Shown here piece after piece: positions 1 through 10,784 of a stretch of 64,000 bases of DNA. The notes beneath the pieces were generated by a model. It was not told the origin of the DNA and did not search any database. It worked only from the letters and a program-made list of their open reading frames with translations. The DNA is from Elsinoe ampelina (taxonomy: Eukaryota). The stretch lies in the NCBI GenBank assembly GCA_010093995.1, contig ML992515.1, positions 239,533-303,532 on the forward strand, read 5' to 3'. Both the position numbers and the translations under genes were made by a program. Position 1 is the first letter of the stretch. Each line of letters starts with the position of its first letter.

Positions 1-3000
1 TGACTGCTGCTTCAACGAAGACCACGACGTCATCAACTTTGGCTTCAAGTATGTCAAGCAGTACTAGTCCATCTGCAGGTTCTTGTAGATCTCTGGGCTC
101 TGATGGCTACTATTACACAACCAAGACCAAGTATGACTTGAATTGTGGCGAAAAGCTCACAGGGGCGGTGGTTGCTATTCAGGTAGCTCACGACCTTCAA
201 AGTTGTATTGGGATCTGTGACCGATATGGCACTGTTTGCGTTGCACTAAACTTCGAAAGAGCCACGGGAAGGTGCACAGTCCTCTCCTCGACCTCTGGGA
301 GCTTGCCCTCCGATGATAACGACAGTGCCGAGGTAGTCGAGCGTGGTGTATACAGCACTTCTGCTCAGACAGCGACTTCAACTTCCGGTGGATCTTCTAA
401 GCAGGACTCAAGCTTCTCCAAGACTCCATCCACGACAGGTACGACTGCCTCAAGGACGAGCCAGTCAGATATCAGGAGTGCTGCTTCTTCTACCAAGTCA
501 ACTTCCTCCAGTGAGAAGCCCTCTACCGCAAGTACCCGCAGCAGCGCACCTTCAGGTAGCGCTTCAACCGCCAAAGTCACTTCAGCTTCTCAGTCGACAG
601 TCTCATTCTCGAAGACATTCGGCACAATCGCATCTAGCTCGACCATCTCCTCAAGGAGTTCTACGGCAGGCCCGACCTCAAGTGCAGGCACGCCTCCCTC
701 CTCGGCCACCAGCCAGGCTCCCGGCGTACCATCAACATCGTCGTCCTCCAAAGGCACAAGTCAAGCGAGCCAATTCTCGACTTCGCAGACTAGCAAATCT
801 GGCGCTCCAAGCACGACCTCGTTGGCAACAACGCAGACTACTAGTAGCTCAAAGGCCACTTCATCTGAGAAGAGTACGACTCCATCGACGTCAAGAGTTT
901 CATCCTCTTCAAACAAGCAGGAGACGTCATCTTTGAATTCGAGGTCTACATCGACCACGGCAGGACCGGTCTCGCCCGGACAGCAATTCCCGTCAACAAT
1001 GACGACTGGCTCGCAGTCGCGGTCAAGCTCAAGTAGAGAGACATCTAGCAGTGGTGCTTCCACCACTCGTTTCGGAACCACTTCCTCTGCTACCACGACC
1101 GAGTCAAAATCCATGACTAGGTCAGGCAGCTCGTCCAGTTTAGAACAGTCGATAAGCATCAGAACCTCTGCGAGGACCAGCAGTGCAAGTGGCTCTCCTT
1201 CCAAGTCCACCTCCTCTGCCCCTACCTCGACGGCATCTACCAGACCCATCAGCACAGCACCTGCATCCTCATCAAGCCCAGCGGCGGGTACTGTCAGAAC
1301 TACTAGCACCACGCAAGGTCCTACCACCGGAGGTCCATCGGGTACCGTGCCTGCGAGCAGTTCGAGCAGTAGCTTGGCTACGAAGTCAACTGCCTCGTCG
1401 AGTTCAGCAAACCCAAGTAGCAAAACGTCGACCGTTTTCTCTACCAAAGCATCAACGCCGATAGGGCTCACTACCTCTGCCTCGTCAAGTCGCACTTCGC
1501 TCTCCGAGTCGACTGGCTTCAAAGGCTCGACGACTGCAGGCCCAAACGGCCCGGGTACGAGTAGCAGGACTACTACCGGTCAGACAAGTCCGAGCTCAAC
1601 GCCTGCACCTTCAACGAGCTCAAGCACGAAGTCCTCCAGCTCTGATGCGTCCTCGTCAGCCTCAACATCGTCCTCGTCAAGCACTACATCGAAAACCTCA
1701 GCCCCAAATACATCGAGCAGCTCGATTTCAAGAAACTCATCTCCCGGCACACCTTCGGGCACTACTACCTGGAAGGTTACAACCCAAGCCCCGACCTCAG
1801 CTCAGAATACCCCGAGTTCTCCTGCTACATCGACTCGGGCAACTTCAACCCTGAAAGGCACGACTTTAGACTCCTCGGCCAATTCAAGTATGCGAAGCTT
1901 TCCATCCGTCTCTCCGACTTCAGGTAGCGCTACCAAGAGCACGATATCAGCTTCTTTCGGTAGCTCGAGTACGAGGACTTCATCAGGAGCCTCTTCATCT
2001 GCGACTTCCTCCACGAATGCCGCTCCTAGGTCCTCGACGTCGACATTGTCTTCCACACAGACGACACGTAGTAGTTCTGCTGTGTCGTCTGCGAGCTCGA
2101 GCACAAGGAGTACAACAGCTTCTGCTTCGGCCGCTTCATCTACGACAAGGCCAGCTCCTGTCTCTCCCGGGCAGCAATTCCCGTCATCGTCCAGCTCCAG
2201 CCAAAAGTCGGGCTTTACCGCATCTCCTTCCACAGCGTCATCGGTGGCAGCAAGTAAGACAACATCTTCATCGGCTCAGCCTGGTACCACTTCGGCGGCT
2301 CCTAAATCATGTGACAACATCGCCCCTGGCGGCTCTCTAGATGGCTATCAGACCAGCAAAGCGACATGGGAAGTGCGTTGCAACAGAGGTCTGTACGGAA
2401 ACACGATCGGTATTCCGGTCGCTGTCAAGTCGTTTGCCGAATGTCTGAATGTTTGCGAGAACTATCCAGGTTGCGTAGCAGGCAAGCTGGACAAAGATGT
2501 CTACTGTTACCTGTTCTCCAAGGTGACAGGAAGCTATGCCGACAATACTCGGGATTACGGTATCATTGTCTCGAGAAAGTCGTCGACGACCAGTCAAAGC
2601 TCGACCAGAGTGACTTCCAGCGCTGGCTCTTCTTTGTCCAAGTCTTCAGAGCCCACCTCAGCTCCGGCCGGAAGTACGACAAAGGCTGGTACCACCGGAC
2701 TGTTGTCAACTTCTCGCTCCGCGAGCAGCGCTTTCGCAAGTTCTGCCTCCACGTCAAAGGTAGCCACATCTGCAAGCATTCTTAGCAGCGTTTCATCAAG
2801 CCGCACATCTGTCAGCCCAAGTGGCAAGTTTTCGACGCCGGCTGCCTCCAGCTCAGTATCTACTGCCAAACCGGTCACAACCGCGAGTACTTCAAGCAGC
2901 AGTCCTTCCGAGGCATTCACCACTACTGTTGCTACAACCTCTCAGCAAGCAACTTCTTCAACGACCAAGCAGGTACCGACAACACCAGTAAGCTCTAGCA

Positions 3001-4586
3001 TGAAATCGAGCGCTGTCACCACGGCAAACAATCCGTCAACATCTACGAGAGGCACGTCCAGCTCTACGTCAGGGACCAGCAGTCCGACACGGGGTTCCTC
3101 CAGCGTTCCCATTACGACCGGACAGGCAACGAGTAGCTCTCGGTCGCAGAAAACATCTAGCTCGAAGACTACCTTCGTAACTCCCGTCAGTCCTGCAGGT
3201 AATTTCCCGAGCACACAATCGTCGTCACAGCAATCGAGCAGTAGTGCATCAAGTAGTGGTAAGACAACAGGACCGATGCAGACCTCAACCTCGACAACCA
3301 AGTCTGCTACTACCCAACAGACCACTGGAGCTTCTATATCTAGCAGTGCGAAGATCTCGTCTTCCTCTTCAGCTTCAAGCAGAGCATCATCGTCCGTCTC
3401 CTCTGCTGGGACTATCAAATCATCTGCGTCCTCATCCGCTTCAAGTTCTGCTTCTGTAACCACCACACCTTCGAACGCGGGCACATCGTCACGCACTAGT
3501 CAAGGAGGAGCCACATCGACAGCGAAGACGTTCTCTCCAGTCACTACTTCTAGTGCGTCTTCTTCCAGGACCCAGCAAATACCGGCAACCTCGAGTAGCG
3601 TCACCAGTGGCAGACCCTCTTCTCAAGCCAGCTCTAGCAGCCCCAGTCGCCAAGCGTCTTCCGCAACTTCAAGCTCGTCCCCGTCAAGGACAAGCGCGAC
3701 TTCACCCTCGAGGACCACTGCTTTTGCGAGCGTCACACCGTCCCCTGCGTCATCTCGATCTTGCCGCGACGTTCCTACCAAAGACGGCGTCTACAGACAA
3801 GACAAAGGAGATGACTATGCGGTCTACTGTGATCAGATGCTCACTGGTACTCAGGTCGATACAACACAGCAAAGCAGCTACGAAGGCTGTCTGCGACAGT
3901 GCGACGTGGTTGCATCGTGCAGCTCATTCAACTATGAGAGCATCTCCCGTCTCTGTACCCTTCTTCGAGATGTCAGTGGTCGCAGACGTCAGCCAGGCTG
4001 TGACAGTGGCGTCTCCCTCGGACCCGGCGGTACAAACACCATGACGACCAAGACAAGCAGTAAGGCAGATACCACGGCGCCCGTCAGCCCGGAGCAGAAT
4101 TTCCCTTCGACCACACCAGAGTCTCGCTCAAGAAAGTCGACGATGACGACGACGACGCAGTCCAAGACTGCCGATCAGGCACCTTCTAGCACATCCAAGA
4201 CCTCTTCATCGACAACTGGTGCAAGTAGGACTTCCGCATCCCCGTCGCGGACCACAGCTTCATCTGGTCCCACTCCGGTTGGCACAGACCAGTCCAAGCA
4301 GTGCTGTCGGGCTCGGGACACGGAGCGGAAGAAGAATGGCAAGTCTGGGTACTACTTGAACTGCGATGTTACTACCACGACTCGCTACAGTGATGGTAGC
4401 AAGAATACTAGTACCGACAAGACGTCGCAGTATTATGAAAAGAATGGCGACAAGTCTGGATACCCATACTGCTCCCAACAGCAGTGTCACCAGGGTCAGC
4501 AGCCGTACGACGACAACGACAAGAAGGATGACGGAGGGAATACGATGATGGGTGTTACAGGTCGAAGGTTACGACATGCTAGATAG
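1..4586 (+). CDS. Giant Ser/Thr-rich mucin-like protein with at least 3 PAN/Apple-like Cys modules; 5' end lies outside the window
   Basis: The frame is open from base 3 to TAG at 4584-4586 (>1500 aa, mostly S/T/A/P). Three C..C..CxxxC..C..C modules lie at ~84-340, ~2310-2570 and ~3762-4020 (e.g. SCIGICDRYGTVCVALNFERATGRCTVL; GCLRQCDVVASCSSFNYESISRLCTLL). Confidence 0.8.
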   Translation, partial: TAASTKTTTSSTLASSMSSSTSPSAGSCRSLGSDGYYYTTKTKYDLNCGEKLTGAVVAIQVAHDLQSCIGICDRYGTVCVALNFERATGRCTVLSSTSGSLPSDDNDSAEVVERGVYSTSAQTATSTSGGSSKQDSSFSKTPSTTGTTASRTSQSDIRSAASSTKSTSSSEKPSTASTRSSAPSGSASTAKVTSASQSTVSFSKTFGTIASSSTISSRSSTAGPTSSAGTPPSSATSQAPGVPSTSSSSKGTSQASQFSTSQTSKSGAPSTTSLATTQTTSSSKATSSEKSTTPSTSRVSSSSNKQETSSLNSRSTSTTAGPVSPGQQFPSTMTTGSQSRSSSSRETSSSGASTTRFGTTSSATTTESKSMTRSGSSSSLEQSISIRTSARTSSASGSPSKSTSSAPTSTASTRPISTAPASSSSPAAGTVRTTSTTQGPTTGGPSGTVPASSSSSSLATKSTASSSSANPSSKTSTVFSTKASTPIGLTTSASSSRTSLSESTGFKGSTTAGPNGPGTSSRTTTGQTSPSSTPAPSTSSSTKSSSSDASSSASTSSSSSTTSKTSAPNTSSSSISRNSSPGTPSGTTTWKVTTQAPTSAQNTPSSPATSTRATSTLKGTTLDSSANSSMRSFPSVSPTSGSATKSTISASFGSSSTRTSSGASSSATSSTNAAPRSSTSTLSSTQTTRSSSAVSSASSSTRSTTASASAASSTTRPAPVSPGQQFPSSSSSSQKSGFTASPSTASSVAASKTTSSSAQPGTTSAAPKSCDNIAPGGSLDGYQTSKATWEVRCNRGLYGNTIGIPVAVKSFAECLNVCENYPGCVAGKLDKDVYCYLFSKVTGSYADNTRDYGIIVSRKSSTTSQSSTRVTSSAGSSLSKSSEPTSAPAGSTTKAGTTGLLSTSRSASSAFASSASTSKVATSASILSSVSSSRTSVSPSGKFSTPAASSSVSTAKPVTTASTSSSSPSEAFTTTVATTSQQATSSTTKQVPTTPVSSSMKSSAVTTANNPSTSTRGTSSSTSGTSSPTRGSSSVPITTGQATSSSRSQKTSSSKTTFVTPVSPAGNFPSTQSSSQQSSSSASSSGKTTGPMQTSTSTTKSATTQQTTGASISSSAKISSSSSASSRASSSVSSAGTIKSSASSSASSSASVTTTPSNAGTSSRTSQGGATSTAKTFSPVTTSSASSSRTQQIPATSSSVTSGRPSSQASSSSPSRQASSATSSSSPSRTSATSPSRTTAFASVTPSPASSRSCRDVPTKDGVYRQDKGDDYAVYCDQMLTGTQVDTTQQSSYEGCLRQCDVVASCSSFNYESISRLCTLLRDVSGRRRQPGCDSGVSLGPGGTNTMTTKTSSKADTTAPVSPEQNFPSTTPESRSRKSTMTTTTQSKTADQAPSSTSKTSSSTTGASRTSASPSRTTASSGPTPVGTDQSKQCCRARDTERKKNGKSGYYLNCDVTTTTRYSDGSKNTSTDKTSQYYEKNGDKSGYPYCSQQQCHQGQQPYDDNDKKDDGGNTMMGVTGRRLRHAR

Positions 4587-5088
4587 ACATTCTTTTGGAC
4601 CTTTCCTATGTTAGAAAAAGCTTTGATACCCATGATGTGGAGGGTAATGGATAGATACGCTCTTTACGACCCACCGATGACATTCATTGATACCCGACTC
4701 AATACGTTCCTTAGATAGTCGAGCTAATGTATCTTGTTTGTTATTCAAGCCGGTAGTTTGAATCGTGATGTCTCTCAATCAATGTTGAGCTTCGTCGGCA
4801 TATGCTCGTCGTCTATCTTGGCCTCGGACGTAGAGTATATGGGATATATTAAGAATAGCTTTAATAACGACGGGCAGAAGGTCTTGTTATGCTCTTCAAA
4901 GGCAGACATTTGGAAAGGTGAAATACAATAGTGTCGTTGAAATGTTTGAGACGCCTCTACTCAGCAGGTCCAGTAAACTACGTCACCATCAACCGAGGTC
5001 CACTTTCACTGCACTACATCTCTCCATCGGCATATCTCATCAAGCTCGACTTGCATCATCTACACTAGCAGATTACTACCTTCCCATC

Positions 5089-5663
5089 ATGGTCAATCGT
5101 CATCTCGACAACCCAGAGACGGATGAAGCGGCGTGGGTAGCTGCCCGAGGCGCCGTTGCTGGTGCGGCACGTGTAAGTCTCATCTCTTAATTAGACTGCC
5201 ATTTCTCTTGCCGTACGACAACGTTTCCTCTCAGCGAAAGAGCCGTGCTTGTTACCCTCATTCATGGAAGATCTTCGCCACCAGTATCTGACTGCCGATA
5301 GTGGGGCCTGTTTGGAGCGGTCGCCGCCGGTTTGGGATACGCATTGAGTCCCATGTACAGAGGACTCACGTTGCAATTCAAAGCGTACGACATGGTCAAG
5401 CTCTATCTTGTGTGATGGACATCCAATCTCACACGTCCAGCTTCCTCCAAATGTCCAGCATGACTTTTGGTTCCATCATCGAAGCCGACCAACGGTTACG
5501 CCAACACGAAGTCCTCGTCCGGCAACAGAAGAAAATCGCCCGCGACGCAGAAGTATGGCGACGTTACGAAACCGAATACCAACGTGCTAGTCAGAACAGC
5601 ACCGCTAGGATCGACATTGAATCAAGTCGACCCACCAGGGGCAAGTCGCAGGGGGAGGGATAG
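5089..5663 (+). CDS. Small mitochondrial membrane protein, Rcf3-like (respiratory supercomplex factor family), 3 exons
   Basis: ATG 5089; introns 5173-5301 (GTAAGT..CTGAC..TAG) and 5385-5440 (GTACGA..CAG). The spliced product is MVNRHLDNPETDEAAWVAARGAVAGAARWGLFGAVAAGLGYALSPMYRGLTLQFKAFLQMSSMTFGSIIEADQRLR..., and the 'SPxYRGLTxQFK' motif is recognisable. Confidence 0.7.
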
Positions 5664-6276
5664 AATGGCTTGGCAGGCATGGCCTATTAAACCATGTTTG
5701 CGCATTGAGGTCGGGGGCGTTGGGTGGGGAGCGAACAGGTGCAAACTGCTATGGTATGTAAAAAGTTTCTCGTATCGAATGGAACACCCCTGGTGGGGTG
5801 GAGCTTATGTTTGTTAAACACTCGATGACGGTTGTGATGGCCGTTCGACCCTGTATGGCAACTTTCAATGTCGTGGTGCGGGCCTGTACAGTATGGAGGG
5901 TATCATGCTTGAAGAACGAGCATTGCACGACACGAATACAGCATACTTGACACATGTTTTATCGCATGTTTCCTTTTCTTCCTCTACATCATCTCACAGT
6001 TACATCTCCCCTCCCCCATCGTCCAAGCTTCACAAAATCCCTGGTAGCGAACGACGATAACCACAACGGTCTCCCTCACCCGTTACGCTGTATGTTGTCC
6101 AGCACATGGCATAACGCCTACTCAACGACCAAGCAAGCTCGGATACGGGCAAGATTGACGATGGCATGTGCTTCTCCACATCGAAGCTCCAACAGGCAGG
6201 GCATCTTCTTTTGAAGCTTCGAGTCCGCTGCTGCCCTTGGTCAGGTGGCGATTGACATGTCCCCAGTAATAGCGGC

Positions 6277-7857
6277 ATGAACACGACGACGACTGGTGGG
6301 TCCGATACCGATGCCCAAGGGATTCCCAAGACGCAACAGATATCGTTCATACCAGCGGCGGTGCTCCTAGGGGTGTCCTCCTGCTTCGTGGCAGGGAGAC
6401 TATACTCTCATTTTCGCCTCACCAGCACTCACAGTGTCGAGGATGTGTTTATCGTAGTGGCATGGATTTTGTCCCTAGCAGTTGTAATATCTTTGCATAA
6501 TAGTCAGTTCCCATCCTCCGTCAACATCCTCACTAACCACTCTCCAGTCTTCACGTCCACCTCTCTAATCCTCACCTCCCCCAACGATGCATCTAGTCTC
6601 GAATCCTTCCTCTACTGGACCTATATCTTCCTCTGGCTCTACAATACCTCCAACAGCATGATCAAATTCAGTATCGTCTTCCAATACCGCCGCCTTTTCG
6701 TCACCTCCGGCTTCAAGAAACTCGTCAAATGGCTCATTGCAATCTTAATCCCCTACACTCTCTGGACCGTAGGCAGCGCGCTCATCCCCTGCTGGCCAGT
6801 GGCGTTCTACTGGACCAGAACCAGACTAGACAGTGGGCCGGGGCAGTGCCTCCCTACTGGCCCGATGTTTGTGCTCTATTCGGCGCTGAACGTCGGGACT
6901 AATCTACTAATCCTAATCGCGCCACTGCCGACATTAGCGAGGATGCACTTGCCGATGAGGCAGAAAGTGTCTCTCTTTGCGCTCTTCAGCGTAGGAGGCG
7001 TAATGTACGTTCCCCCCCCTTCTTTCCCCTCCCCTCTCCCTCCTCCCCACCAACTAACCCCTTCCAGCGTCCTCCTCACCTCCCTCCTCAAACTCCTCCT
7101 CTTCCACACCTCCCCACCCTCCCCCCTCCCCCCCGTCCCCTCCCTCCCAAAAACCACCCTCTACTCCTCCCTCGAACTCTCCCTCTCCCTCCTCTTCTCC
7201 TGCGTCCCCTCCCTCAAACCCCTCCTCGTCGACCTCTTCCCCTCCCTCCTCCTCCCCGCCCTCTCCCCCACCTCCCCCCGCGCCACCACCACCCACGACA
7301 ACGTCCACGGCTTCTTGACCCCCAGCTTGTCCCTCGAGGCCGGCTCCCTCGGCGTCGCGAGCGTCGTCTCCCGCAGGCCCACGCTGGAGCAGTTGCGCAA
7401 TCCGAGCTTGGCGTGGAAAGGCAAGGTTGGTGGTGCCGGCGCGGGGGTGCAGGGAGGGGCGTTGGGAATGACGCTGGGGGAATTGCTTGGGAGTCCGCTG
7501 TTGGAGGAGGGGAGGAGCGGTGAGCTTGCTGAGAGGGGAGGGGGTGGGGAGAGGGTGATGGAAGGGGTGGGTAGGGAGAGGTGGGATTCGACGTTTTCGA
7601 GCTCGACGAAGAGGACGGGGTCGGTGGCGTGGTCCGCGAGGGGGAGTGTGGGGCGGAAGTCGAGTGATGGTGGGGGAGGGGGGAAGGGGAAGGAAAACGA
7701 TGAAGGGCTGGAGATGGTGGGCATGGTGGGTTTGTGGCAAGGGAGTGGGAGGGGAATGGAGGGGTTGGGCATGGGAGAGCTGGAGGGGATCAGTGAGGCG
7801 AGTTCTTCGTATGGAGAGAGTGGGGGGAGTGGGAGCGTGAGGTCGGGCATGTCATAG
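6277..7857 (+). CDS. Pth11-like integral membrane protein (fungal rhodopsin domain), 2 introns
   Basis: Multiple TM segments with motifs 'EDVFIVVAW', 'IKFSIVFQYRRLF', 'CWPVAFYW', 'PLPTLARMHLPMRQK' and 'SCVPSLKPL'. Introns at 6503-6547 and 7005-7067 (GT..CTAAC..CAG). Confidence 0.85.
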   Translation: MNTTTTGGSDTDAQGIPKTQQISFIPAAVLLGVSSCFVAGRLYSHFRLTSTHSVEDVFIVVAWILSLAVVISLHNSQFPSSVNILTNHSPVFTSTSLILTSPNDASSLESFLYWTYIFLWLYNTSNSMIKFSIVFQYRRLFVTSGFKKLVKWLIAILIPYTLWTVGSALIPCWPVAFYWTRTRLDSGPGQCLPTGPMFVLYSALNVGTNLLILIAPLPTLARMHLPMRQKVSLFALFSVGGVMYVPPPSFPSPLPPPHQLTPSSVLLTSLLKLLLFHTSPPSPLPPVPSLPKTTLYSSLELSLSLLFSCVPSLKPLLVDLFPSLLLPALSPTSPRATTTHDNVHGFLTPSLSLEAGSLGVASVVSRRPTLEQLRNPSLAWKGKVGGAGAGVQGGALGMTLGELLGSPLLEEGRSGELAERGGGGERVMEGVGRERWDSTFSSSTKRTGSVAWSARGSVGRKSSDGGGGGKGKENDEGLEMVGMVGLWQGSGRGMEGLGMGELEGISEASSSYGESGGSGSVRSGMS

Positions 7858-8280
7858 TCAGACGAGACTCATGGGGACGGCAAAGTGCGAGATATACAGC
7901 TCTGATGAGGAATCTGCATTGCCGTGCCCATCTAGGCAGGCTGGAGCAGTAAAGACTACACAGTAGACTACAGATTACGAATCGCCCCCCGAAAAGAAAC
8001 CCAATATCAAACCACCTGTCCTCGGTGTCGAATGCTGTTGTCCATATCATATCCATTGCCCATGTCCCGTATCAAGGAGAAGGAAGAAAAGAAGAGCCAA
8101 CGCCGCGCAATGATCTCTTTCGATCAGAGATTGTGAATGTGAGCAGTCCGGCAGAGTCAATCTGCCGGTCGAGTGGCGCTGATGGCCACTGGCATATGCA
8201 CCTCGCTCCTGCAATGCTTTCCGTGTTTCCAACCTGGTTCAGCCAACGAATCCGGCTCCTTGTCCTTGTCCATCAATTTC

Positions 8281-9889
8281 TCAAATCTTCACACTCTCCA
8301 TCTCCCTCTCTGCGCCCTCCACAGCAGCTGCTAGCTTCGCGTCAATCTTCACACTGCTCTTTGCATCCAGTGCCGACTCCAGACTCTTCTCTTGCGCCTC
8401 ATCACTTCCAATGATTGGACTGTCGATGCTGACCAGCTTGTCCACCCTTTGCGGTTGTGGTGCTAGTAGACCGTCCTTGTTTGCGGCCGTATTCTCCTCG
8501 GTAACCCTGCTCAACGGGCTCGGCGCTGGCTTCTCCCGGCTCTTGCCTCCGTTACCAGGCGGCGATCGTCCCCTGTCTGGTCCAGCACTGACGGGGCTAG
8601 CGTACGGTGAGAATCCATTGAGGGAAGCGAATTCGTTCTTGACATTGCTGTTGACTCGTAGGGCACCGTTCTGCGGCCTCTTGCCTGCAGCTGGCGCACC
8701 GTTCTTCGCAGGGAATCGGCGGCCATATTTCTGATCAGCGCGCCATCGTAGGATGTCCATATAAGCCGGAGATACATTTTGGCGAGGGAATTCGCGGAGC
8801 TTGAGTTCTTGAGTCTCTTCGTCAATGTACGGCTTGGGAGTGCTGAGATCGTCGGCAACGTTGGCGAGAAATGCGGACCAGGAACGGGCGACAACATATT
8901 TGCAGTCGTAGTCACGGCCCATCAGAATGATTTGGCCCCACTTTCCAGCAGGCCCAGGAGCGAGATCAACACAGATGTTGTTTCCGCCCCAGTCGCGAGC
9001 CAGTGGGATCCATCCGCTGTGTACGTAGGCTTTCTGAATGGCGTTTGCGGGTTGTGACTCCTGACGGGAAAGAAGCTCTGAGCGCCAATTCGAGCCTGCA
9101 GATGATGTGGGCGATGCTGCTCGAGCAGATGTCGATGCACCGGCAAATGCCTTGATTGGCAGGGTGGGAGAAGAGTACGATGCGGGACCCTCGCGGAGGT
9201 ACTCCTCATTTGTGCGTGCCCACTGGCGGTATTCCTGGACAATCTCCTCACAATCGAGAAGCATGCAGCCGAAGATAGCTCCAGTAGGTCGACCACCACG
9301 CTCTTGTCCGTCGTGGACTTGCAACGAGTCCCTGACGTCTTGCGGGAGAGATACATCTAGCTCGTGTTCAAGCTCGTTGACGTCGTTCCCTGTGCAGCCT
9401 TCGCAAAGATTTTCGAACAGCTCTTCATAATTATCCTCCAACCAACGGTCGATGCGCTTCCACGAATGTGTGACTGGTGGTGGTGGCGGGACACCTTCTG
9501 AGAAGCTCTGCATCTGTACGTCGGCGTTGCCCATGCCGTTTGCCGCGTATGATGTATCTGGGGTACTGTTTTGACGCTGAATGGAGCGCGCGCCGGGAGT
9601 GTATGGTGAAGATGGCGACATTGGACGACTTGATGGTGTGAAACCTTCCCCATCGACATTAAGCTCTGTTTTTGATTCCATTGCGGCTGTGGTGACGGAT
9701 GTGAGAGGAGAATGTCTGTTCTGACCGAGAGGGAGATGGCTGGCGGATTTGTAGGGAGCATCTGGTGAAGCGTGCCGGTCATTGGAGGTCATTGTGTGCC
9801 AGAAAGAGCGCCATGACGCCGACAGTCTATTCATTGCGGTCAGCCCTCGTAGCCGCCAGGGAATTGCGGGATACTCACGAGGTAGTCAT
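8281..9889 (-). CDS. SMI1: Cell-wall assembly / glucan synthesis regulator SMI1/KNR4
   Basis: Motifs 'SWKRIDRW..NYEELF', 'HDGQERGG', 'WIPLARDWGGNNICVDLAPGPAGKWGQIILMGRDYDCKYV'. The true start is likely ATG 9889 (MTTS) with intron 9878-9827 (GTGAGT..GCTGAC..TAG). Confidence 0.93.
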
Positions 9890-10750
9890 GGCGGAGGAGG
9901 AGCCGGACGGCGGGGGTACGGGTTTGGTAAACACGAAGCCTGCTGCGGTACGAGGCGATGCGCAAGCGAGAGCGGCAATTGAACGAATGTGTTGAAGCAA
10001 GGGCGGTCGGCAGCAACGAGGGGGGCGTGAAGATAGCAGGGCTTAAAGCCGTGAAGAAGTTGGTGTAAGTTGCCCTGAGGTGTCTTTGAAGATTATTGCC
10101 CTTTACTTGGCGGAAAAGGAGTTGGGAAGTTGAAAGCGAACAAGGAAGAGCGACTCAGAACCTGACAGACCGACGACCCGCAACAGAAGACACGCTACGG
10201 CATGCGATCAACACCTGCAGCCCGCTCGCGATCAAGTTTTCCTGCGACAGGGATCTGCTATTTGTTGGATTCTGAGAGATTGACAATTGACACTTGACAA
10301 TCTAGATGGCTGTCCCTGCATTTTTTGGAGCGAAGGCCTCAAACAGGCGCGTCCTTCTGCTACAGTTACGTATCTAGCCATGACAATTGTTTGTGAGACA
10401 GTCTGACGTGCGACACGACACACAGCAACCATGTTTACGGCTCTTTTGTGCTCACAGATGCATTTGCTTTCTTCTACTACCTGCAGGCACTTCTCCCACT
10501 GCATGCCACCACTGCCATGGCGTCTCAAAATGCTTCTTTTCATCGACCAGACGCATGCTTTGGCTGGCCGCACAGGTAATTAAGCGTAATTGCGATTTGC
10601 GGTTCAACCACAGAACGCGCCTGCCTCCTTTGCGGCTGAACTCGACGACCAATCACGAGCTGAATTTTGTCCCTGTTCCTGAATTTGGTGAATGCATCCC
10701 GCAATCCCGTGATCCCGCAAAATGGTCCCTGCGCTAGAGGAAATATCCAT

Positions 10751-10784
10751 GAGAGCAGCTTTCAGCTCGAGAGCAGCTTTCAGC
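10751..10784. repeat. Tandem duplication (period 18 bp) GAGAGCAGCTTTCAGC x2 overlapping the stop codon of the F-box-like gene
   Basis: Direct reading: gagagcagctttcagc-tc-gagagcagctttcagc. Confidence 0.9.

Noticed and set aside
365..3496. Long antisense Val/Glu/Leu/Asp-rich ORFs
   Set aside because: These are shadows of the Ser/Thr-rich mucin codons.
7054..7850. Pro-rich then Gly/Glu-rich overlapping ORFs (also 13296-14108, 17323-18039, 35756-36430)
   Set aside because: By-products of the stop-poor skew islands, overlapping better-supported genes.
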